Part shown: positions 41,175-52,316 of the stretch, piece after piece | Layout: each line of letters opens with the position of its first letter | How positions within the stretch are numbered: position 1 is the stretch's first letter | DNA from: Balanoglossus misakiensis | Taxonomy: Eukaryota > Animalia > Hemichordata | NCBI GenBank assembly: GCA_040954595.2 | Contig: CM082587.2 | Coordinates: 4,296,093 to 4,360,092, forward strand | DNA: 64,000 nucleotides | Direction: 5' to 3' | Made by a program: the position numbers and the translations under genes | Notes under the pieces: model-generated | Told to the model about the DNA's origin: nothing | What the model saw: only the letters and a program-made list of their open reading frames with translations | Database searches by the model: none

Positions 41175-41313
41175 CAGTCAAACCAGTGTTAGTGGCCATG
41201 TTGTTACAGTTCCTAATTAACATGTACATTAATTGACCACTCTATACAGGCCACCTGTCTATAAAGGCCATTTTAAGAGAGTCCATTGACTGGCCACTAT
41301 AGACAGGTTTGAC
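41175..41313. mobile_element. Short Tc1/mariner(pogo)-like MITE remnant
   Basis: TA|CAGTCAAACCAGTGTTAGTGGCCA ... TGGCCACTATAGACAGGTTTGAC imperfect TIRs, with internal ggcca/ctata sub-repeats. Confidence 0.6.
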
Positions 41314-41387
41314 AAACAATGCGCCAATTACTTTTCGTCACATTTCTAACTTATTTTTACGCATGAATTTTTCACATGAATTGGTTG

Positions 41388-41543
41388 TGGAGGGGCGGTG
41401 GAGTCTGTTTTGCGGATATCAAAAAGTGACTGACCCCCTCCCCCCTTCACTGAACATGGAAAAGTGGGTGACCCCTTAGACCCTAGTGACCACCCCGTGA
41501 ATCCACCGCCCCCTCCCCAGGTCGAAGAAACTGGACCAGTCCC
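41388..41543. mobile_element. Truncated second copy of the same MITE family
   Basis: Shares tatcaaaaagtgactgacccc...tggaaaagtgggtga and the 3' TIR gaagaaactg(g)accagtccc with 58062-58271; the 5' TIR is missing. Confidence 0.72.
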
Positions 41544-41861
41544 GTGTATCTAAATTGGCCAAGGCTTCAACAATATGACGCTCAAATATGTCGCTTTTTC
41601 CTGTGCCTACACAGAATCTTCGCAAGTGTAACAGATACCGGGCGAGGTTTCTCAATTTTGATATTGAAGAGATCCGAAGTGTGACACTTTCACAAGCAAA
41701 CTCTGCGGATAAAAAAACTCACCCGCGTTTTTTCTTCTTCTTCTTTTCTAAAGTGGTGTACTGGTCTAATTCGCGGTACTGGTAGCCACAGTCCGGGAGA
41801 CACTCTCATTATTGGTTGCAATTGGTTCCTTAAGGATGTTATTATGTTATTGTCATTGTTG

Positions 41862-42138
41862 TTCCTGCAAGGAGAATGGTGACGCAAGTGAGAATCACCA
41901 CAAACACCCTGTTTGGGAAAGGCGTATTTTTAAAGGAGGTAAATTATAAACATTGAAGGAAATACTATTAATAACAGGATGCGAATCTCACGGTTTCATT
42001 GGTAATAAATGAAGTTGTGACAAAAAACGCAGAAAAATGACGCATTAGTGCGTGTAAATAAATGTGTAACTAAATATAGTCCTGGTTAGACGTGACTACA
42101 TATTTCCTTTAATTCCGTCTCACTGTAATTTGGTAATT
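41862..42138 (+). repeat. Diverged ~280-bp direct repeat, copy 2
   Basis: Colinear with 38411-38693. Confidence 0.85.
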
Positions 42139-42204
42139 AACACACTATTCTGAAGTCATCATCATCATCATTACAATTCTTCTGCTTAAACTTGTAATGC
42201 AATT

Positions 42205-42380
<176 letters not shown>

Positions 42381-44410
42381 CTTTTTTATGATAAAAATAT
42401 TGTCTTGAGGAAAAGTGTTTCACTTGTTTTGTCCAGTGAGAATGTGCGTCTTGTTGTTTTGATACAGTTTTGAATGGAGGGAACGAAATCCTTTTCTTAT
42501 TCAAAGCGCATCTAACGACAAAGGAAAGCAATAACTTTCAACAAAAAGACAAGAAAAGTATCGCTGTAGTAAACTAGCCGAGAGTACACACCGCCCCATG
42601 GAAGACCATGCAACGATCTCGTAAAGATGTGTTAATGGGGTCGTATGGTGAATGGTGGAGCATAATATGGAAGACATCGTCAACAATTACGCTTAACAAT
42701 GCAATTTTCCGGCACAATGCAACGATGGTTGGCGGATGGGGAAAAAACAAAGACCGTCGTGCGTGCGTCTGCCGGTGGATTTCCCCGCGCCCGGCTTTTG
42801 TTATTCACGGATAGAAAATACGCGGCAAGCAAATTAGAAAAGACGTCTCCAAACCCACGGACGCCCCTTATCATAAAATCGCCATTATACTGTATTTCAT
42901 ACGCCATTACAATTGTTGTAAGGGAAACGCCGTTTTTTTCTTTTGTCAGAGAACACTTTCCGTTTAAATATCGCTCAAAGGGGAGGGGGGGGGGTAGGCG
43001 CGACCGTGAAGGTTCGCCGTGTACGTGGCTACAAATTTGACAGAACGGTAATATTAACCGAGTCACGGACAAAACGCGGCCTGTTTCCTGATTATTGCGC
43101 AGGTATGGAGAACAAAGACATTCAGACGCCAAATAGCCCGACCCTCATTTTAAGGGTGGACGCACCTCGGGGAATGCTTTTTACACACACAAGGAATCAA
43201 AAAAAAATTGCATGCTTAATTCACGAATTGAAACTTGTTTATCGCGAAGTGCACGCAATGGAGTGTATACGTGTACAGTCGCGTTTTCAATGTGGGACCA
43301 AGGAGTGACCGTGGTGGGACTGAAGAAAAGAATCAAAAAGTCTACTTTCCGAAATACCGTAATGGCAGATTACACTTCTCGGCGCTTCCTTAACCAGATA
43401 ACGGACAAAAAAGGTTAAAAGACTGCGAAGGAAAATTGAAGAATAACTTAGTATACATGAAACATCGTTTTTATTGCTTTTTAGTTAGAAAAAATAGTAC
43501 CGTGGTTCGGATTTGGGGCTTATGGAATAAGGATATGGTTGTGTGACACCAATTTCAAAGCGGATAGCGTGAGACTGGTCGTACACTGCAGTAGGATACC
43601 TGTTCTGGTACCGGTAGCTCGAGTACAATACGACCACAGAACGCTTTTGTTTCTGTTGTCGACGTCGGTGTCAGGGCGAATCGTTGTTAGTTACAGAACA
43701 AGGAAGTGACATGCACTGACACTGCTTAGCTAAAAAGCTAGCTTCAGCCCCAGTCTGCTGCCGGAAAACCTTTGAGGGGGTAGCCTAGACTCACTCGGTG
43801 GAAATGTGTTTGGTACGGGTGGCTGCTATGCGAACAATATGTCAACGACGCACGCTGTGAGCAGATCCTTCGCCACGCGCCGTGTCTATTTGGCGCTCGG
43901 TCGGCGACACGCATGCCCCGCCCCTCTCATTTTCACTTGAAATGCGCCTCCGTGATATTATCGGACTCCCCTTTCAAAGTTCGTCTTTGGCACCCGAATG
44001 TACAGGGCCGTTCGGTGAAAGAGGCGTATTTCACATGTGTACAACGAAAGGCACCCATCTTTCGTGCATGGCTACCGCAAAGGACGGTGGCGTCGGGCAA
44101 ACTATATAGGCCCAGGCTGACTCACCCCAAGACGTGCAAACTGCATTCGACAGACCATTTTAAACAAGAGGACATAACATAAATCAAACGCCAATTATAT
44201 TTTAGTGGGTCACATGCAGTTGCTATGTCCTTTTTACTAACGGTCATTAAATGTCTTTGTGATTACTAGATAATATTTGCACTGTTGCTAATGTTCATGG
44301 TTTGTAAGTGCTCGTTAATTGCAGACAGTTAATATATGCATCATTGCGTGGAAGAACATTGAAACTTTATCGGCCTCCATGCATGGGGATAAAATGTAAA
44401 CAGATTTCGT

Positions 44411-45884
44411 TTATTAGGGCCCAAGCCCAGCAGGCTTGGGCCCTATTGGTATTACTGGGATTTTTCTTCTACTTCTTCTTCTTCTTCTTCTTGTGTCGTT
44501 TTTTTGTCCAGCTAGATCTGGAGAACAGCTGAACCTACCAATTTCAAACTTAGCACAATGGTGCAGGCCAATGAGAGCTGGTGCAGTACCCTCGCGAATG
44601 TTTAATTAGTCACGTGACCTGATGACCATATATGGGCAAAATTTTCAAATCGCCCTAATTTGCATATGAATTGAGATATCAAAATTCTGTTCAGATACTT
44701 TGTGGACCATATGGCCAGGGTTCTACATGCCAAATGTCAAGGCCATAGGCCATGTCAATTTTGAGGAGAAGATTTTTAAGTATTATTTTCCATATTTTTC
44801 GCCCAAGCCATCGGCCTATACTTTACATAGTAAAGCTATGACCACATATTATTTTGGATAAATATGCATACATATCTCAAAATCTGTTAGGCTGATCATC
44901 TCAAACTTTGGTGTGCAGCTAGCCTAGCATTTGTCAATCATTTTAAGCGAAAAAAAATAATATGAAAAATCGACCGATTTTTTTATATTAATTTTTTAAA
45001 TTAAATTTATACCTTTTTACTTATACCTCTATAGTTAAGCTATGAACACTACACGTCTTAGTGTGGAATTCTGGTCTGTGCAACGGTCCTGTACAGTGAC
45101 TGTGTATTGGGCAGTGAGCACAATGGGACCAAAATAACAGGCAAAATTTTGGGCTCACCTGTAACACCTGCTTAACTCATTAATTATGTGCATACCTAAT
45201 TCTGGGCTAACTAAGAGGGCTAGAGGTTTTGTTCTTGTTGGATATGGACCAGTATAGGGTCAACATTTCTTGCCAAAATTTTGCATGACCTCAGGTGACC
45301 TTTGACCTACTTTACCAGATCTTGGCATCCAGAGCAAGTACAGACTTGGTGTTTGGAGGGTTGGGACTAAAATTGAAAAGCCAAAATTGGGGGTCACCTG
45401 TGACACCTGCCTACCTTATTAATTATGTGCATACCTTATTCCAGACTAACCAATAGGGCTATAGGTTTAGTTTTTGCTTAACATGGACCAGTATAGGGTC
45501 AAAATTTCTTGCCCAAATTTTGCATGACCTCAGGTGACCTTTGACCTACTTTACCAGATCTTGGCATCCAGAGCAGGTACAGACTTGGGGTTTGGAGGGT
45601 TGGACTAAAATTGAAAAGCCAAAATTGGGGGTCACCTGTGACACCTGCCTACCTCATTAATTATGTGCATACCTAATTCCAGGCTAACCAATAGGGCTAT
45701 AGGTTTGGTTTTTGTTGAACATGGACCAGTATAGGGTAAAAATGTCTTGCCTAAATATAACATGACCTCAGTTGACCTTTGACCTACTTTACCATATCTT
45801 GGCATCAAGTGCAGATATGCTTATTGCTATGTTGCTATGTGCTATGTTGGCTTGGGCCCGCTATTGCTGCTTGCAGCTATATTT
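44411..45884 (+). mobile_element. Non-autonomous Helentron/DINE-1(HINE)-like element with internal tandem repeats
   Basis: 5' palindrome tagggcccaagcc-cagca-ggcttgggcccta (44415-44445), then a (CTT)n tract. 3' subterminal inverted repeat ggcttgggccc (45849-45859), 3' hairpin GCTGC-TT-GCAGC (45866-45877) and T-rich ends. Confidence 0.75.
45125..45810 (+). repeat. ~239-bp tandem repeat, about 2.8 copies
   Basis: tcacctgt(a/g)acacctgc...attaattatgtgcatacct recurs at 45155, 45394 and 45632. Confidence 0.92.
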
Positions 45885-48800
45885 AAATACGTTTCCTGTT
45901 TCCATCTTTTCAGCGGAGCTGAAGAAGATAGCGGTCACGTTGCTTGTGCGCACCGAAGAGATCTCCGTGCATTGTAGAGGGGGGCAACACGCAGCCTTAA
46001 TGAGGCCAGTTGCCATAGAAACGGATTCGTAAGAAACTGTCTTACCGTTTGAGATCGTGTCGTTGCCTGGTTACCGGCTCAGTATAATTGGCGGACGGGA
46101 GGAGAAGAAGCAAAGCCGTACAATGCGATACAGGATTCGAATGAACCATGCATACCAGACTAGTTCGCGATAAATACTAAACCTTGCAGCATAATGAGAG
46201 ATTTAAAATAAAAAGTACAGCGGCGTAACATTTTTTTTATTCTTCCCGAAAAGAGTCTTAACTGGGGTGTATAGAACCCCTGCCAACAGGTTCAAATTGA
46301 TACATGCTGACTTCGTGGCTCTGGCTTGCTTTCATTTGAGGTTGTATTATAGTGGTCGTCGAGTTCAGTGGCTGTAAAATTAAAATTTCTCGAAAGCCCT
46401 CAACGGGCAGGGAAAGTCGCTAATGTCATTTATCGAAGACAACAAACGCGATTTCGGCAACCTGGTGAAGACATCCTAATTACTGTTACAATTCGCATTT
46501 GTGTCCTTTCAGAGCACACACAATTTGGGCTGACGGAAAACCATTGTTACCCGATATTTGACCTGCCGTTTCTCGCAGCCGAATTAACCGCGGAGGGAGC
46601 GGATCTTGGCAGTTTGAATTTGAGGATAGTCTTTCGCCCGCCTTCCTCTTCGCAAGAGAGCGCGGAAGAAAACGAGCGGCGAGGTCAGTGGAACGGTCAC
46701 CTCAACCCCGCAGGGCGCTCTATTAATTTAGTGCACATATGGAAAGAGCCAGTCACGGGGGGGGGGGGAGGGAGAGAGGGGGGGGGGAGAGAACTAAGCT
46801 TCCCCAGTTGCCGACGTTTTCTCGAAGCTCACACAGATGTCTTCGTGTGAACACCGTGTGGCGGAAACGCTGGGGGTGCTAGAGGCCTGAGTGTCTCGGA
46901 ATCGTTCAACATTTCATATAAGCTGACGCACTGATTTTAAAAATCAACGTTTCCGATCTGTTTGGCAGCACAACAAAGAATCCACGGCCACACACCTAAA
47001 AATAATTCCCCTTCCGACCGGATGAAGCTACACCATTCTGGAAAAAAAATTACCGCGATCCTGTGGTCCCGGCTCGCGTGTAGCTTGTATGTATACGTAC
47101 ACAGCGCGCTGTATCTATATCCTTCACGTCAAAACATACCCTGTGCACACGTGCGTGTAAATATTTCCTGACCATGCAGGGATGGGGTGTGCGAAGGGGT
47201 CAGAATGAACAAGGACCTTTTCACTTTGCCATCTGCCTTTGATTATCTGCGTGTCCGTCACCTTGTACGTGACGAGGCGGGACACCAGCGACCCACAAAC
47301 AGAAAGTTGCCGGCGATAGCGTCACCGCGCCCAGCATGGCCGCTCGACGCGACAGCAGGGGGAATACGGACACGATTTCCGCTCTGCGGGTTCGGTCCCT
47401 ATAGCTACTTCGAACTGGAAGTCGTCTAGAGTGTCTCCTCTCCATTTTTTCGGATCAGTGAATCTAAAAACAGTCCAAAATCTGGCTTCAGAACTAACAC
47501 TGAGGACCGCACATCGCAAGGAGACATATATCTGAAGAAAGCGCAAGTTTTGTGGACTTATTACTAGATTTTGTAAGACCATCGTTGTGCCTACTTAGGC
47601 ACGACCGTGCCATTTGTGTAATTCTGCACTTAAATATGGGCATATAAATTATCAATTAAGGCAATTATATTAATGATGTTTGTCCCCGTCCCTGTCTCTT
47701 ATTTAACCCACTTCCGAATTCCCCTCTATTCACACAACTGCAGACGAATCTTCACTGTGAAATCATCAACCTGTTGGGCAAAATACACACACTTTCGTCG
47801 AGATTGTTCCTCGTCGGCTGTCATGACCTACACCTGTTCTGATGTTATTTGTTTTGAGGCGAAAACTTACACCTGGGGTACACATGCAAATTTTTGGCAA
47901 CACTGATTTCGGACTGCGGACACTGGTCGATAAATTAATTACGGCACGTGCTTCCAATCCAAAAAAATCTCAGACCACCCTTTTGTCTATTTTTGGTACT
48001 TGCTTTAAGAGTTTTTAATATTCTGTCAACAATACATCGCAGGAAGATGCACACAATAGGTGCTCAGCGGGTCATTGGGCAGACAAGCTGAATCCCCGAA
48101 ACCTGGCGAAAACTCCTTCATTGTCTGCTCAACATAAGCCGCGACAATGACGCTGGATGTTGGTCCACTGTGGATTTGCTTTGTGGCCGAACGATGATAA
48201 CCGGCTTTAGTGTACAGCGAAGCCGAAAATCGGAGAGTTTTGTGAATAGGGGGGGGGGGGGGGGGGGAGGAAGAATCACGTCGGAGAAAAAGAGCCAGCG
48301 GACAAAAGACAATTACACTTGCACTAAAACCTCTTATATCCTCGTCTGGCGCTCGTGCCATGTCCGGACTTCCGTCAAGTGGTCTCTGGTCATGATGTTG
48401 TTTTCCGCCATGACTGACAACAATACAACGCGCAAAAGTAAAACAGCTTTTCGCTAAAATCGTGTAAACTGTCTGTCTGCATGTCTTCTCTTCCCCCCTC
48501 TCACTCCATCCATTCATTCTGTCGCTTTACCAACTATGGGTATCTTCAATTTGGAGGTATTTATCCCTGAGCAGCTTTACCATATAAAGTTATTGCATCA
48601 AACTATATTTTTCTTTCAACTACATCTAGATTATGATTCTTAACTTGAAAGCACTCAGGCAATATTTTTTCAAGGTACCCTATACCCTTAGAAATGCCCT
48701 GAGTGGTATACACATTGAACATGGACGTACTTTGAGTTATTCAAGGAGATTAAGCGGCCAAAAAATCGTTAGAATTGTGGTAGAATTAGAGTTACTGTAT

Positions 48801-51800
48801 AAACTTCAGATTCTTCTTTGCTGTGTGAATAAACTCGAAATATAAAAGTTTCTGCTTCTGGTACAGAGTGTTCAGTCAATATGACGGATTTAAGACGTTC
48901 TTGTTAGGAGGGGGTGGGGACAACTCGAGTGTTAACCTAATTAATGATTTGTGAAGCGTCTGTTGAAAACTACCAAGTACGGAACACTCTTGTCGCGTGG
49001 CGAAAAGCACGTGATGATCACAGGCTTACAAGCGTCTTAATTAAACTAATGAGCTCCGAAAACAAAGGAGGCCACGCGAGGCGGGTTGTAATTATCATTA
49101 AAGCTGTAACCCCCATTATCATTCTTACGTAAATCGCGTATGGTCGTCTTTGCTGGTGCTATACACAGTTATGCTTCTTAATGACAGACGTTTAATTAGT
49201 GAGCACGGGTCATTTCACTGGGCCTTTGACCCAGCAGCGGAAGTTGGGGGTAACAGATGGGGCATGTTTTGAGGTGCAGTCACGAACGAATGTACAGAAT
49301 CTGTGCATCTCTTTCTAATCCGAAAAGATGTCAACCATGCATGATATTGGGTACATGTGTGTACCAGGGTTCCTCGAGTTTCCATCCGCTTACTTGTTGA
49401 TGTACTGCCAATGAGTCTTAATCTTTCCTTCTTTCTTTCTCTCTCCCCTCCCCCCTCTCTCTCCTCTATCTCTTGTCTCTCTCTCCCCCTCTCTCTTCTC
49501 TCTTGTTTTATACTAGTAATTTACTGACACTATATTCAACCTCTTCTGTCGCAAAAATAAGTTAAGTACGAAAATGTTGACGGGCAAAATTTTGTTGGGT
49601 TGTGAGCCGAATCAAAGAAGTGACATCAGCCTGATTTCGTAATAAAAGAAGCAATTTTACGCAGTTCCAACACTATCATCGTCCATTAAGTCTGATTTGC
49701 CACGGTAGACAAACATATCGCGCCCATGCTGAAAAAAATCTTGTGAGATCAATGATAGTTGTGAAGGAAACATTATCGGCTTGCTCCGGTTTCAAAGTTT
49801 TATTTTTCGACACGCGAAAACGCCACGCCATGAAAGGCTTGGCCGTCGCTGCTTTGTCGCACTACGTATACGGAAAACGCGGGAACAATATGGCGAGCAA
49901 GCGGTGACTGTTAGCGAGCATATGGCCGTTGGCAGTGCTATTGTTGTGACCCCAGTGTATGTATCCGAAACCTAATTAGAATCCGTTCGCCGGGTCCCGC
50001 GAGACTAATTTAACGCTAACATAAGGCGCTGCTTCGGGATCAAACATCAAACCCCGGCAAGGCTAGATAGTGAAACTTCGGAAGAAGCAACCGACTTGCA
50101 ACTCAAATCAACTGAGTCTGCTTCTTGTCCCCCCCCCCCTTCCCCTCGAAAGGACCGGGTCTACCCCGGAGGTCGCAACAGTTTCAAGAAACGGCGCTGT
50201 TTGACTGTAAACTTTGGTTTAAATCAACACTCTATCAGCCGAGTCAGCGATTCGATACGAAAATCGTATCGCGTATTACAATATGCCTTTTACGAAATTG
50301 ATCTTTAATAGTACAACATATGTCGCGATTGGGACCTTACGTCAGTATAGCGTTTATCCATCATTGTGATGAGTCTCTTTGGAGATGGATGTCCAGTGAT
50401 GGGCTGGCTGTTACGCAACTCAACTATTCGAATTCAAATAGTGGCCTTGAATGTGGCACATGATCCAATTTGTCAGCTATTCAGAAAGGTGCTCACCATA
50501 ATGCGGGCCATACGTGCTCAGAACCAGTTGTTGATAATTGGGTAATCTGATTTCGGTGGCTTGAATCGACCAATTTCGGTAAGGAAGAAGAGGAGGAGAG
50601 TGGGGAGAGAGGAGGGGATGGGAGGGGGGAATGAGAGAGGACAGACAGTCAGGTGGACAGACGGCCGAACGGACAGACAGACAGACAGACAGCCATTGCA
50701 ATAGTCACGTTGCTCAATATAGATCATAAACAAGACACATTGTTTTGTGCAGTGAGCCAAAATTAGTAATCACGATCGGAACGACGAAATTCATTTCTCA
50801 GGATCACTAAAATAGCCATTTTGCGCATTTCCCTTATTCACATCATATCATCCTGTTTTTTTTATTCGTTTGCCTATGAATTCCATAATTTAGCAACAAA
50901 GCTGTGTCCATGGCGACCACCCTCTCAAGTTATGACACACTGAGTTTATTCGTGAAGTGAAAATTGGACATATATGATGACTCCGCCCTCAATGTCCGAG
51001 TTCAACTCAATTTGGACAGCCAGTAGTGTTTGAATATTGAGTATTTGTTAATGTCAGATGGTGATTTATAAATCATTTCGAAATGCTCAGCGCGCGTTTG
51101 TGGCAAACTTCAGATCGTTACATTAAAGGTGCGCCCCCATCGATGGATGCGCTCTCTAAATGGGACCACTTTCTTGTAAACACAGCGCAGCCAGCGGCGG
51201 AAAATGGGACTGGGGACCAGACAAGTCGTCCTCAAATCGCAAAATCAAAAGTGCGCCACCATCGATGGACAGTTTCTCTCCCTAGTAAGATTTAAAAGGT
51301 GGACAACGTGATGATGATAGTGTGGCACAAACAATACGCCCCCATGGAGACCGCCTTCACTCTCTGAGGTATTCAATTACTGGACAGGAAACTGAGGCCC
51401 AAATGAGGCTTTTGTCTGAGCATAGCGCAACCGGCAGTGGGAATATGACGGCCTATTTAGTATTGCTCAATATTAACATAAATTGACATTTCTCCCTAAA
51501 TCGTGAACTATTCTCTCTATTGTCAGCAGGCGCCGTTTTACTCGCCTTTTAACCATGCGTGGTTTCTTCCTTCATAATTACGGAGTGGACCACTATTCCT
51601 AAACACAGCAATTGTCGATTTGGCAAAATTGACTCTTATTTTGCATTTTTCATAGTACAGCTCAAGTTTGTTTTAATAAAAGTCACTGCATTTTGAGTTA
51701 CATTTTAACCAGAAGACCAGTACACGGTCAACGGCATACAACATATAAAATAATTCCAAAACCCCAATCGCATTGATTGATTTTAAAACTCGTCATAAAT

Positions 51801-52189
51801 GTCACTCACGTGCAATCAGAACGACAACAAAGATGGTGGAAGAAGCCGCCTAGCTAATTCAATTTCTTAAGTTGACAGTAGAACATATCTGTGTAGAAAG
51901 TATAACGAGAAACTGCGTAGTTGATATACGGAACAAGAATCATCATATATTAGCGGCTCCTTAGCCTTCAACTGCGATAGTCGTGTTGCTTAAAATAGAT
52001 CTTGAATGGCACACTTGACCACGCACATGAAGCATGGCCGCGATCGGCTGTAATCGACGTCAAAACCGCCACTTCGGCTACTTTCGGCCAGCGAGCTGAG
52101 TGGTTTGGACTCGCCAAGCAGCTTGACGAATGATTACTCCCGAGTATCTGTAGACTGAAAGGAAGACTGTGAAGAAGCCTACTGACACC

Positions 52190-52316
52190 ATGGGAATGAT
52201 ACCCAGCAGATGTGCTCGGGTGAACACCGAGACTTCGCGTCGGAATCGAGTTATCGATAAAATGTTGGACGAAGCACGTGTGAGAGCTGTGAGAACCATA
52301 AAGCTGCTCTTGTTGG
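52190..52316 (+). CDS. G-alpha exon 1 (MGMIPSRC...TIKLLLLG)
   Basis: Kozak-like caccATGG; donor G|gtgaga. Confidence 0.9.

Noticed and set aside
45125-45810. Regularly spaced repeats as a possible CRISPR array
   Set aside because: Whole 239-bp units repeat with no unique spacers; eukaryotic context with no cas genes
50253-50271. Perfect 8-bp hairpin cgatacga-aaa-tcgtatcg
   Set aside because: Too short; expected by chance in 64 kb
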